DNA from: Mobula hypostoma | Lineage: Eukaryota | Direction of reading: 5' to 3' | DNA length: 64,000 nt | NCBI RefSeq assembly: GCF_963921235.1 | Contig: NC_086108.1 | Coordinates: forward strand, 39,062,001-39,126,000 | In this document: positions 48,801 to 63,370 of the stretch, in pieces | How the letters are laid out: each line of letters begins with the position of its first letter | Position numbering within the stretch: the first letter of the stretch is position 1 | The notes under the pieces: model-generated | What the model saw: the letters and a program-made list of their open reading frames with translations, nothing else | What the model was told of the DNA's origin: nothing | Database searches by the model: none | Translations under genes and position numbers: made by a program

Positions 48801-51439
48801 TAAACAGTGGAATTGCCTAATCTAGCATGATTCATGAAAATAAACAAATCTTTGCTTCAGATTAACCTATAGAATCGCTTTCAGTTAATTTCAAAATATT
48901 ATTCAATATATGAAAAAATCTAGTACTTGAGTGCTTAAATTCATGAATGGTTATTTGGTTAGCTCACATGATCCAATACACTGGAAAAACAAAACTTCAT
49001 CAAATCTACCTATTGATCTACATATGAAATACACTTTTATTCCTGTGGAAGTGCTTTTCCCCATCTATTTATTCTAATTGAAATATTTAAGTTCTAAGGG
49101 TAACCAAACTGCAAATGGCTGTTTCATTACTGAGTCTGCATATTAACAGATCAATGTTTTGTTGCTATTTTACATTTTAAAATAAAGCTGCACGATGGTT
49201 ACAATTTCCCAACATGTCATCATAAACCCTAAGTAGCCCAGCCCTGAATTTAATTCATGTTAATAGCAATCATCAAAGAAAAAGGATGCCCGGCAAATAC
49301 ACTCCTGGGTAGTTTTCCAATGTAAAACTGGCAACTGTGGAAATATTGATCTATCCTTTTCAGTAGACCAAGCAGAAATAACAGCAGGGAAGGAGAGGAA
49401 GGAAGGAAGATAGCAGTTGAATTTGTACATCATCCAACACTATGATAGCATATCTCTTTATAACAAATTGCTTGTTATAACTTGACAACTGGGTACTTCC
49501 TTTGGGCCACAGCGAGACTGCACCTGCAGCATGTATTAGGGGCAGGATGCCTACGTACTGCTGCTTCTATTATGTTCACATTCTGGCATTTTGTACATAG
49601 TTTGTGCCATAATAACTGGCAGAATCTTGAAATGCTTTTCCCATGTTCTCCGACATTCTTCACTTAATAGGCTTTAAAAGTTTCACTAGTTTCATAGTGG
49701 GCTGCCAAGCTTTGGGACCAATCCGAGCCAGAGCATTTATGATTTATTTCTCATTTCCAATGTGAAATTCCGAGTCAGATCCTGTCAGACTGGAGTTGAG
49801 AAACCAGCTCGAAGGAATGGCTGCTCGTCCGATTTTGGCCTTCATAATTTCAGTAGTTTTGAGTAGATCTTTGCTGCCAGCAGTTCCCATAACCTGTTCA
49901 CTGGTTCAAGACTGCTTTCTGGCTTCTAATCCTGTATATTCCTTCTCAGCTCACCAGGGCACCCTGCATGCAGCATACAATCTTCATCCACAAATGAAAT
50001 TCAACACTAGAAAATTAGTTACTTATAATAATTAGCTAATTCAATTTTATGTGAGCTCTGGACTTAGACTTCTCCTTCAAAGCAGAACTGTTGCAAATAT
50101 GACAGATATAGGAAGGTCCTACCAGGCTTCGGCAGGAAACCAGTCTCTTTGATGAAACCAAAGATGGATTTGAAAATCAAAATGATAGTTTTAAAATGAA
50201 CATGATAGCAGCCAGGGAGGAATCGTAGGTCAGTGAGGTGAGGAGTCATTGGTGACCAGAAAAAAAGAAGGGTGCCGCAGATGGATGTCAAAAATAGGTT
50301 CGAGCTCCTTTTTAAAACAATTGGAAAATTGTGTCAATAATGAAGATGATGTAGTAATTTCCCAAAGCACGAAAATGCATTGACTAAAAATTTATATCAG
50401 TGAAAGTGTAAACTAACACTTCAAGCCCTAAAAAACACATAGCTTATTAGTTTTCATTGAACAACATGAAGCTACTAACCAGCATGCATAACCATCAACA
50501 GAAATTTTATAAGCAGGATTTACAATAATCAGCAAATTTAAGTGAGGCACCTCTGAGGTCCTTTGCAACTGTATGTTTCTTTACTTGCCTTTGATAGGCA
50601 GACTATGATGATATTTGTTGATGGTAATCCAAGACAGTAAAAAAAAATTCAAAGTCTGGTGAAACAAGAGACTGCAAATGCTGGAAATCTGCATCAAAAA
50701 AACGAACTGCTGGAGGAATTCAATGAACTGTAAATATGGAGAGAAAGGAAATAGGGATGAAACACCAACATAATAAAGGCGTAAGATGGGAGAATTTCTC
50801 CCTTGTACTAGGTGAAGCTTTTTGCTATTAGCCATATTAGTCAGGACCAGGAAGTATTTTGTATTGTTATGTATTCGAAGCAGAGGAACTGATCTATTAT
50901 TGCTATCCAATGTGTGCTGTTGAAAAGTTCTTTAAACATCTTGTAACATTCCCAATGGTATCACAAATGGAAAACTGAGGGACACTTATTACACTGAAAT
51001 ACAGGAGGTCAAATGAAACCCTCTTGGAAACACAACACAGAAGTCTAAATTTTGTTGCAAGTTGGCAAGATTACAATATAAAGGAGACTGTGAAACCATA
51101 AAATAAGAAAATAGAAACACGAAGAGAATAAATTTGAGATTATTTGTACAATGCAAATTGTATTCAGCAAAAGACAACAATATTCATTATGTTTTGCATT
51201 AAAATAACTGAATTTGGCAAGATGGCACTGGTGAAACATGGCAACTTGTTGTGGGCAGCTAACAAAATTTCTAAATATACTTCTTCTGAACTAATCTCAC
51301 TGTATCCTACAGCCTGTAATATCCATTTAAGTAACATACTTTTGAAGCATCTTAATGAACTAGCAATTTCTGAAGGACTCGGTGGACTTAACATTCAAAC
51401 ATGCAGGTACAGTACCTTTAAGCAAACAAATGTACATTG

Positions 51440-53552
51440 CTATGGCCGAAAGAAAAAGATGGGGGAGGACCCCAAGCCGGGCTGAAATGCCGAGGAATGA
51501 AACTCCCTCCACCCAAAATCTTGTTAGCAAATGTACAGTCGCTGGAGATTAAGATTCAGGACCTAAGGTGAATATTGCTGTATCAAAGGGAAATGAGGAA
51601 TTGCCACATTTTATGTTTCACTGAGACATGGCTCATTCCATGTCTGGACATGCTGGTTAGTATGATGAGACCCAAGGGTTTCTAGTTACACTGGATGGAC
51701 CGAACTGCTGATACAGAGAAAGCAAAGGTGAGGGGTCTATCTTTCATGATTAACTCTTTGTGGTGGCTGGATGCAGCAGTGTTGCCACTCTGTTGTTCCC
51801 CTGTCCTGGAACATGTAATGATTACGTGCTGACCATTTTTCTTACTAACAGTGTTCTCCTCTGTGATTCTGACTGCAGATTACATACCATCAAAAGTCAA
51901 TATTAAGCAGGAACTAGAGGTATTGAGTGCCACAATTAGCAAAACACAAACAGACTATCCCAAGGCCTTTCAAATCATTCTTGGGGCCTTCAGTCAGGCT
52001 TGTCTGAAAAAAATCTGCCCAGTTATCATTAACATGCCACTTGCAGCATAAGGGGTTCCAACACACTTGACCGCTGTTATATTACAATTAGAAATGAATA
52101 CCATTCCATGCCTGGACTGCATTTCAGGAAATCTGATCACTTGGCTGTCCTTCTCTGGTAACTTGCCTCAAGGCATATCATCCAGTAACACGTACATCCA
52201 CTGCGATGAAGTGCTTTGAAAAGATGGTGATGAAACATTTCAACTCCTCATTGTGAAGTGACTTGGATCCACTCTAATTTGTCTACATTCACAACAAGTC
52301 AACAGCAGATGCCATTTCATCAGCTCTTCACTCAACTCTGGAATATCTGGACAGTGAAGACACATATATCAAGATGCTCTTCATTGACTACAGCTCAACA
52401 TTCAATTCTACCATTCCCTCAAAACTATAAGCTTCAAGGCCCAGGCCTCAATACACCTTTGTGCAAATGGATCCTCAATTTCCTGACTTGCAGACCCCAA
52501 TCAGTTCAATTGACAACAATATTTCCTCCACAATTTCCAACAGCACAGCTGCACCACAAGGTGTGTACTTAGCCCCCTGGTCTACTTGATTTATACTTAC
52601 GGCTGTGAGGATAAGCAAAGCTCCAATGCCATACTTAAGTTTGTGCTGATGACATCACTGTCATTGGCTGAATCAAAGGTGGGAACAAATCAGCATATAG
52701 GAGAGAGATTGAAAATCTAGCTGAGAGGTGCCACAACAATAACCTCTCACTCAATGTCAACAAGACCACGGAGATGATTATTAACTTCAGGAGGAGGAAA
52801 TCGGATGACTGTGAGTCAGCCCTCATCGGGGGATCAGAGGTGGAGAGGGTCAGCAACTTTACATTCTTCTCTGTTATTTCAAATGGTCTGTCCTGCATCC
52901 AGCACATAAGTGCAATTATGAAAAAAGCACTGCACTATCTCTAATTCTTAGAAGTCTGAGAAGATTTGGCATGTCATCTAAAACTTTGCAAACCTCTGTA
53001 ACTGTATGGTGGAGAATAATCTTACATAAACTAGTAGATATGGCCCAGTCTCTAATAGGTAAAGCCCTCCCACCACTGAACACAGCTATATGGAGCACTG
53101 CTGCAGAAAAGCAGCATTCATTATCAGGGACCCCCACCACTTAGGCCATGCTCTCTTCTTGCTGCTGCCATCAGGGAGGTGGTCCAGGATCCTCACACCA
53201 GGTTCAAGAAGTGATTACCCCTGAACCAGTGGGCTCTTGAACCAGAGGGAATAACTTCACTTGCCCTATCACTGAATTGTTCTCACAACCTATGAACTTG
53301 CTTTCAAGGACTCCTCGTCTCATGTTCTCAATATTTATTGCTTATTTATTTATTATTATTTTATTTTTTTTGGTATCTGTACAGTTTGTTGTCTTTTGCA
53401 GGTTGGTTGGTTGTCCGTCCTGTTGGGTGCAGTCTTTCATTGATTTTATTGTATTGTATTTACTGTGATTGTCTGCAAGAAAATAAACCTCAGGGTTATG
53501 TATGGTGTCATGTATGTACTTTGATAATAAATTTACTTTGAACTTGAATTTA
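51440..53552 (+). mobile_element. Rex1/Babar LINE, degenerate APE endonuclease and RT with internal deletions
   Basis: Fragments ILLANVQSLEIKI, LCFTETWL, GKSDH-like, [11 protein letters not shown], a KFADD-like site and NNLSLNVNKTTEMIINFRR. Tail ataataaatttactttgaacttgaa. Confidence 0.85.
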
Positions 53553-54857
53553 ACAAACACATTTAAATTTAAGTTCAAACTCTATGCTTTATTAAAATGA
53601 CATGCACGTGACATCCACACTACAACCTCCAGGAGGTCTGGATTAACCATTTTTCTTCCACGCTACAACACAGATAGTTCTGACATTACCTGAACCCTGC
53701 CACTTCAGGCGAAACAGATGAAATTAAGTACTTTTGCATCTATTTGTGCAAGATTTTTTTCAAATTTCTCATTTATCTCTCACTTCCTGATATTCAGTTC
53801 ATTTTTCTTCTGATTATAACTTACTTTCTTTAGTTGTCTAGTAACCTTTATCCCACAGTCAAAATTTCCCTACTATGACTTTTCCACTCAGCTTTTTTTT
53901 CCCCATTTATGAAACCATTGCAACTATATTCCGCTCTGGGTGACAAAATCCATGCTCATGCATGCTGCCTTCCCATGTCCCTTTCTCTCGAGAGAGGAAG
54001 TTTCGTATTGGGTTGTCAGTATCAGATTCCCAGTGCTTTGCTCTGATGAAACCACTTAGAAGCCTATTCTGAAACTGTTCAGACTTCCAAAGCACAATTA
54101 CCTTGAAAATCAACAGCAAGTAGGGCTTCCCAGTGCTACCTGGCAGTTTTCCAGTTGGCTTGCAACACTTCTCTGTCAACAGAAGTCTTGAAGAATAATG
54201 ATATCAATCTTCCTTTTTTTTAAATTGCTTCTTTAAGATTCTTTAAATCTCTCAGATCAGCCCTCCTCATCCAAACTCCTCCTTCCCCCATTTGCAAATA
54301 TTCTCCTTTACACTGCAATAACCATGAAACCCGGGAGATAGGATCAGAACTCCAAGCATGTGTATCAATGCATGGCGCTTGTCTTCTCTCTTTCATTTAT
54401 TTCCCGCTTCTTCTTTCACTTTTTTTTCTATCACATTGGTACCTTAATATTCCTCTCATCCCTTTCATTGTTCCTTTACTCCTGCTATGTTTTGGGATCT
54501 TGTTCACTTTGCTGTAAAGGAAATTTCAAGCAATTTGCATCATCATTTCTATTTTAGAGAATTTGTAATATAAAGGATTAGATACTCAGAAGATTTGCAT
54601 GGTGCAGAGGAAATGCAGATGAACTAGATGATTGGTACATCCTGTAAATTATCTCAGCTTGAAACAATGGAGATTAATTAAACCTTCCAGGAAACAAACA
54701 TTCAGCGGATTAACATCATTTGTGAGCAGACTAATCCCTATCAGGACATCACAGCCATTAGGCAACAGAAAGTTTAAGTGGCAACTCAACTAAATTCCAG
54801 GTCACGTGAAGATGAATAATGAAATCTTTTCCTGTTTAGGTTTGAAGTTGCTGAATG

Positions 54858-55738
54858 CAGTAGATCAGTCCTGATGCTGTTTGGCCTGCTGAGTTCCTCC
54901 AGCATTTTGTGTGTGTTGCTTGGATTTCCAGCATCTGCAGATTTTCTCGTTTTTGATTCTGTTTTATTGGGCCGTTGGCTAATCAATGCAGCAGCTTATC
55001 TGGGACAACTTTTAAAGAACAAAACATAATCAAGAAAAAGCTGGGATCCCTTCATTTATTTGGGAACACAACGCCACTTAATTGGGACAATGATGCCAAA
55101 ATTTCTAGATAGTGTCATTCGCACACACTTGTGTGGCCATTAAACACTACATGGTGCTTAGAGCAAAGTTTTTAAATAGCATCAGGTGAGTACTTTTGTG
55201 TTCAATATTCAGTGATTTTTGTCACTGATAGTTGGTGAGAAATAGCACAAGGACAATTGAGAATTGTTTTGCTCACTGCAATTTCAAGCATTCAGGCTTG
55301 GAGATGCCAGAAACAGCTGGGAGTGAAAATGAAACTATTTCACTACTTCAAGTTAGGAACAATGAAGATTTTGAAGGTGTCAACAATCATCTTGAATGTT
55401 GCAATGAAAATGAAGATTTGCGGTTGCAATCTTCAAAAGCATTGTATGAAGGCAGTCCATTATCTGCACTAGGTGTCTATGCTGATTTTGTTCATTTGTA
55501 GTCAATCAAAGGAGCACGGCAAAGTATACTGCATTAAAAGCTCCATCTATAACTATTAGGAACCACAAATTAGTTCTGTATTTCATTCAAAGACATAATT
55601 TGTTAACTCAATTAAATGGTAGCATGTCTTTTTTATATATCTTAACCATTTCCATCAAACTTTGGCTAATTAGGGCAGCTGCATAACCAGGCCAAAATGT
55701 ACTGGTCCCACTGCGCCCCAATTAACCAGAATCCACTG
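54858..55738 (+). mobile_element. Tigger/pogo-like non-autonomous DNA transposon; left TIR interrupted by a PLE fragment (54866-54954)
   Basis: Right end cccaattaaccagaatccactg. The left end reconstructs as cagtagat+tctgttttattggg. TIENCFAHCNFK resembles the Tigger transposase C-terminal helix. Confidence 0.65.
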
Positions 55739-56289
55739 GACTTGCCAAACAACAGTGAGGTTACAAGAATGGCAAGAACAACTTGTTTGTTAAGACAGAC
55801 TAATTTTGGAATTGTTTTCTCACTCTATAATTGTATTTAACTTTCCAGTAAATAAACAGCAACATCAAGTGTATTACATTAAGAGCGCTTGATCCATACA
55901 AGTTATCCAAAAACATTACCAGAATAAATTCAAATTTTTTAATCTTTCATACAAATGGGCTGAGACTTGTTTTTGTCTTTTCTCAGTATCAAGTATCCAG
56001 TGTTTCCGGGATGTTATTTCAGATTTTCAGACCTTACAGTATTTTATTATTGCTCATCACTTATTTTCTCTCTCACCTGATGACTCTGCACTTCCTGTTG
56101 CCGCTGCTAAGATTTACAAGGCTAACATTGTTAAGTTCATCTTTTGTGTGACTTTGTTAATATGTCACACTGCAGGAGCCAGACCAGATTCACTGATGTG
56201 GTAGAATCCTGATAGAGCCTTTAACTTGTGCAGAACTATACCCAATGAGTTTGTACTGTTTCTCCCTAGAGCAAATTCAAGTTTGCAGT

Positions 56290-57113
<824 letters not shown>

Positions 57114-57115
57114 TA

Positions 57116-57797
57116 AATGTAATTGCAAAGGAAGTACAACAATGCCTGTACTGCCTTAGAAGGCTGCGGAGATTCGGCATGACATCAAAAATCTTGGCAA
57201 ACTTCTACAGATGTGTAGTGGAAAGTGTATTGACAGGCTGCATTATGACTTGGTGGAAACGCCAATGCCTTTGAATGGAAAATTCCGCAAAAGGTAGGGG
57301 ATTCGGCCCAGCACATAACCGGTAAAGCACTCCCAACCATTAAGCACATCTACATGAAACACTGTCATAGGAAAGCAGCATCCGTCATCAAAGATCCTCA
57401 CGACCCAGGCTACGCTCTTTTCTCACTGCTGCCATGAGGCATAAGGTACACCTGTCTCAGGACTTGCATAATCATGTTCAAGAACAGTAACTACCCCTCA
57501 ACCATCAGGCTCTTGAACAAAAGAGGATAAGTATACTCATCTATTGAGATGTTCCCATAACCAATTATCTCACTTTAAGGACTCTATCTTTTTATTTCAC
57601 ACTCTCGGTATTTATTGCTACTTATTTATAGTTGCATTTCAGCAGTTCATTGTCTTCTATGTTCTTGCTTTTCATTGATCCTGTTTACAGTTACTATTGT
57701 ATATATTTGCTGAGTGTGCCCACAGGAAATAGAATCTCTGGGTTTTATGTGGTGACATGAATGTATTCTGATAATAAATTTTAATTTGAACTTTGAA
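57116..57797 (+). mobile_element. Rex1/Babar LINE 3' fragment
   Basis: AKEVQQCLYCLRRLRRFGMTSKILANFYRCVVESVLTGCIMTW. Tail ataataaattttaatttgaactttgaac. Confidence 0.82.
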
Positions 57798-60700
57798 CAT
57801 AGCACACATGGTTACAATTTCAGAAAAACATACAGTCACAAAGAAAAAAAAATAAGATAGGCCAAGTCCCTGAGTAGCATGACTGTAGATTTAGGGAAAG
57901 TTGTCCTGGTCCAGCTTGTTTGTCCACCAAGCAATCACTTGCAGGGCAGCACCAAGCAAACAACAGAGAGCAGCAAACAACATTTCAAAGCCAAACATCC
58001 CACCCACCTCAAATATTTTCAAATGAGCTCAAATGGAAACAATATTCCATGTTGATAATCGCTTTCTTCACTGTTCCCATTTATATAACCATCCACAGAA
58101 ATTTCACTTGTATCCACTGCCTGGTAGTTAGAAGTACTTGGAAGAACTGTAGACTTTTCCATTCTTTTCTAGTTCCATTTCTGTTTAAATGCATCTCTAA
58201 AATATCTTACGTATTTGAGAGTAATGACAAGAAACAGATTTTGAAACTGAATATGGCAGTGGAAGAGTCATAATATGATAAACAGCCCTTGAACTATCTA
58301 TCTTTGTTTATATTATAATATTAACATTTGTCAAATGTTTGCACAACTATTTTGCACCAAAATGGATTTTTTAGTCTAATTGTTTTCTTTATTGTAAAAA
58401 CAGTGCTTAATTTATTTGTTTTTCTTGTGAATGTGGCTGATATGATGCTACATGCCTGTGACTGTAAGTTAAGTTGTTCAGACATGTATTTGTGTACATG
58501 ACAATAAACTTGACTTTGCCTGACTTCCCTTTATTGTCATTTTCTGTTGATATTGCTCCTTCATTAATTTTCTGGGATCTGGCCATCACTGGTAAAGCCA
58601 ACGTTTGCTGGCAATCTTTCACCACCTTGTTAAAGTTGTGGTGAGCCAGCTTCTTGAACAGCTGCACTGTTCCGGCTTATGGCATAGCAACAGTGTTCCA
58701 GGGAAGAAGGTTCCATGATTCAGGCACGCCAGCAATGGAGAACTACTTCCAAGCCAGGATGGTTTATGACATGAAGAAAAACTTCCCAAGTGGTGGCATT
58801 TCCATGCACTTCCTGCCCAGCATAACGCATGGCTCACAACGAAATCTGTTCTGCACTTGATACTGACCCTTCTGCTTTGTATATAAATACGCATGGAAAC
58901 ATGTGGCTGGACGGATAATCTAAACGGTCCTGGGCTAAGAGTCAAGGAGACACCAGCTCAATTGAAAAACTGAACTTCACTTTGATAAATAAAGTGCCGA
59001 ATAGGAAAGCTGGAATTATTGACAAATAAAAATAGTTGATTTGCTCCTCAAAAGAACACTGATCCATTGATGCCAATCAGGAACAGTAGCCTGTTAACTC
59101 CACAATACTGGTCTGTAGCTCGTACACCAATGCAATGCTTTTTTTAATGTCCTCTGAAGTGACCTACTTTGCCATTCAGTTGTATGGTGTGAGAATACTG
59201 AGTGTTATACAGAGAGATCTGCAAGCACTTGAACAAGATAAGAACTGACTGCAGCAAATATCCTGGAAGACAAATTGAATTATAACCCCTTATTTTGAAG
59301 AGATGAAGTATAAATAGAGGAAAGTTGCGCGTCAAATGTGTGTGACTTAGCTGAGATAGCACATGGAATGATGTGTATAGTCTAGACTCATTAAAGGAGG
59401 ATATACTTGGAGGCAGTGCGGAGAAAATTTTTCTGAGATAATGAGATCATTCTATAGGACAAGATTGACCCAATACTCTCACTGAATGCTAAGTTCCTGA
59501 GAGTGATTGACGGAATAGATACTGTGAGGATGTTGGTTATTCTGTGAGTTCAGCAGCACGATGCATTACTTCAAAATAAGGGGTCACCCAAATTAGATTG
59601 AGACAAGATTTTGTCTTTCAGTGGGTTGTAAATTTCTGGATATCTTAATACATACTGAATCTTTTTAGTACACATTCAAGATAGATTTCTTGACATAAGA
59701 CAAGATTTCCATCAGGTTACAAAAGATGAGGTAATTGCTAGGATTTTAAGTCAGAAATACCGATTGCTAAAGAAAAGAATCAAGGAAAAGCTACACACAA
59801 TACAGACAAACAAGCAACGTGTGTAAGACACTTTGTATAAATACAAATAAGAAATAAAAACAAAATAATAATAATAAACAACAAATATCTAGAACACGAG
59901 TTGTAGAGTCCTTGAAAGTGAATCCATAGGTTGTGGAATCAGTTTAGTGATGGGCCAAATGAAGCTATCCCCTCTGGGTTAAGAGCTTGATGGCTGACAA
60001 AGAATAACTGTTCCTGAGGCTCGTAGACCTCCTTCTTGACAGCAAGAATAAGAAGAGAGCATGGTCTGGATGGTGGGGTCCTTGATGATGGATGCTGGTT
60101 TCCTGAGATAGTGCACTGTGTAGGTGTGCTCAGTATCAATATAATGGAAAGGTCGTACAAGAACTTTGTCAAAAGTTTGAGATCTGACTGTCCAGACAAC
60201 AAGCCACTTCCTGCACCCTGTCCACGACTACAAGAAGTGAGGATTTTCACATTATTTAAACATCAAAGAGGAAACAGAAATAAAAGCAGAGATCAGAAAG
60301 GACCAATGGTTCCAACACTTACAGAGAACTATTATGTTGCTTTAAATTGCAAGTTCTCTAAGCTTACAAAGTTATATTTTGATGAAAATCACCATTGCTG
60401 GGTGCACTTTTTTTTTAATGAAGTAAGTGGCTTAGGCAGTAACTTTCTGCAGAAAACTGGAGGTTCAAACGCTGCTCCAGAGAACCAACTTAAAAAATGT
60501 AGGTTGACACTCTCGTGGTCTGACAAAGGATTGCTGTTTTGAATGAATTGCCATGCTTTGAATGGAATGTTCAGCAGAGATGTTTTAAAGAAGAAATTCT
60601 GGTACATGGTGCACAACATCAAAAAGGATGAACAATTAATGCAAATGAGACCCACACAAAAAAACCCATAAAATCAAATAAGAGATGCATTTTTAACAGG

Positions 60701-60899
60701 TGGAATTGCATTACTCCCAGCCCAGGCATTGCAGTCTCTCATGTGGCCACATTAAATGACTGTGACTCCCAATGCACGCCTTGGTTCTGTGATAAGCAGT
60801 GGGTAGACTACAGGCAATAGGAACCAAAGCCCTGGCCACACATTGCCATGATGGTCTTCTAACAACTCTTGCTGTTGGAAAACCTTTCCACCTTTACCA

Positions 60900-61230
60900 A
60901 CAGTTGGAAATAATTAAAACAACTATGCATTTTTAATGTGGTAATGACCTGTTCATCTGTTTTAATGGTGTTGAAACAGAGATACATATTTAGCAGGGCA
61001 CCAGAGGGATATCCCTCTGCTCTTTGAAATAGTACCATGGGATTCTTTACATACACCTGTGGAGTCAGATGGGATTTCTGCTTAAAATCAGATACAAAAT
61101 ATGTCAACTCACACTGAGCAACAGTTCTTCATCACAGGATGGGAATGTCAACCTACAATTTTCAACTCAATTCTCTGAAGCGTATTTGAACCTTTAACCT
61201 TCTGCGCTGGTGGCAAGTTACTCAGGGAAC
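60900..61230 (-). mobile_element. Ancient Deu-domain SINE (SacSINE1/AmnSINE-like)
   Basis: Plus-strand ctctgctctttgaaatagtaccatgggattctttacatacacctg...cagatggg is the reverse complement of the Deu-domain core as I recall it (CAGGTGGACGTAAAAGATCCCATGGCACTATTTCGAAGAAGAGCAG). Confidence 0.6.
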
Positions 61231-61302
61231 TGTTTAAATGATATAACAGTGCACTAAGTTTGAGTAATTACATCAGAAGTATACATTACAGTGGTACATC
61301 TA

Positions 61303-61905
61303 GTGTGGTAGTGTAGTGGGTAGTGCTTGTCGCCCTGACGTTCAGCTTCCACCGCTGGCCAGCAGTCTTGTGAAAAGGACAGCTGAGTGTGTAAGTCTCT
61401 CCTTGCCAGTACATAGTCTCTCCAACAGCCAGCCTCACGTAGTGCCTCTTCACTGGTGACACACGGAATCTAAACTCCTTTCGGACTCAGACTGAACTAT
61501 AGAGGACAGGGGGGTGGTCTGACCCCTGCACATGTAGCATGCAGGCTCGCTGGTGTGTAGACACACCCTGGTGCTCATGAACCGGATCCCCAACTATGGG
61601 TAAATAGTCCACCGCCTTGTGGGCAGCCTTGGGAGAGACGAAGGCTGTGGGAGTAAACCCAGACAGTAAATCTGGAGTGGAGCCCCTGAAGTAGCTGGGT
61701 GTCACTGAACATCCTTCCAGCAGCTCCTGCAGCCAAGCTGGAGCCAAGCATATTGCTTCATAAGCTTTCCTTTGGACTACACTATAAGGCCGAGAGGGAG
61801 ATCTTGATGACTAGGCATCTCAGAATCTCCATACCTTCTGTCCACACTTATGATGATGATTATCATCACCCATTGCCCTTCGAAACAGACAGATGCCAAG
61901 CATAA
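61303..61905 (+). mobile_element. Composite SINE-like element (tRNA-like head plus RTE 5'UTR-like body)
   Basis: GC-richer block starting with an A-box-like tagtgtagtggg. The internal gggtaaatag...gggcagcc...ggagtaaaccc segment is reminiscent of RTE 5' UTRs. Family assignment uncertain. Confidence 0.4.
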
Positions 61906-62942
61906 GTTGCAGTATGTGGACAACTGTCTAATTGAAGGAAATTAATAGTTCTCTGCAAGTACAGAAATCTTACTTAAGAACTTTCTTCCTCAATTCAGCT
62001 TTTACTTCCAGTTTCCTCATTGCTCACATTCAAATCAGATGATACAGCTCATATCTTGTGCCCATAGGCAGGAAACAGGAAATGGTTTGCTGTCAGTACA
62101 GTCAAATCTTATAATTCTGAACATGCTCACTCACAAGTTTGCCATTAATTTTTTGTTCCTTCTCAAATGTTAATATATTCAACAAAATATCTGCTGCTTT
62201 GATGAATGCATTGAACTGTTTTCCAGCTTCTTTCATCCTCTGTCCTAACAATATAACTATCAGACTTCAAATCTCCAAGTTCTGCTGCCAGATCACCTGA
62301 TCTTTTGCAACCTGGTGGCAATCTTGCACTCTGCATCAAGAAATTTATCTTGAATGTATTCAACGATGTCAAGTTTCACATCTCTCTGGGGTTGCGAGTT
62401 CCAAAGAACCACAACCACAAAGAGAAGAAAACTGCCTCCTATCTGTCTAACTTGGACAACAATTTCTTCTGAAACCATGTACCCAGTGCTAAACTGTGCC
62501 AGCATGGAGAATATTCCCACAATGTCTATCCTATCAAGCTCCTTCAGCATAATAGAGTTCAACATGAAGATAAGGTCAATACTGCAACATGAAATCATCC
62601 CGTTCTGACAAGAATCAATCCAGTGGATGTTCTTGCATTGCTTCCAAGTATATCTTCTCTTTAACGTGATCAAAACTTTACACACTACCTCAGAAGTTAG
62701 AGAGTCACAGAGTTTAACAGCACAGAAACAGGCCCTTCAGCTCACAGTATCCTCCTAAACCATTAAGTAGGCTTTTACAATACCCTACGCTAATCTCAAT
62801 ATTACCATCAAATCCCCCCCAGATTCTCCCACTAACCTGAACACTAGGAACAATTAACAGTGGCCTATTAATCTATTAATCCACACATCTTTGGCACATA
62901 GAAGGAAGCCAGAGCACACAGATGAAAACCATGTGTCTCTGT

Positions 62943-63370
62943 TCAAAGTTTAAAATAAATTTTATTATCAGAGTACATACATGTCACCACATACAACCCT
63001 GAAATTCTTTTTCTGCAGGTATACTTGGCAAATTTATAGAACAATAACTGTAAACTGTAAACATCAGGGACTCTGACCTGTAAACAAATTATGCAAATGC
63101 AGATAATAATAAATAGCAATAAATAATAAGTATGAAATAACAATATAACAGAGTCCTTAAATGAGTGTAACTATCCTCTTTTGTTCAAGAACCTGATGGT
63201 TGAGGGATAGAAATTGTTCTTGAACCTGGTGGTGTGAGTCCTGAGGCACTTGTAGCTTCTACCTGATGGCAACAGTGAGAAAAGAGCATGGTCTAGGTGG
63301 TGAGGATCTTTGATGATGGATGCTGCTTTTCTAAGGCAACGTTTCATGTAGACGTACTCAACAGTGCATA
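62943..63370 (-). mobile_element. Rex1/Babar LINE 3' fragment
   Basis: YMKRCLRKAASIIKDPHHLDHALFSLLPSGRSYKCLRTHTTRFKNNFYPSTIRFLN. Tail matches the 57116-57797 family. Confidence 0.82.
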
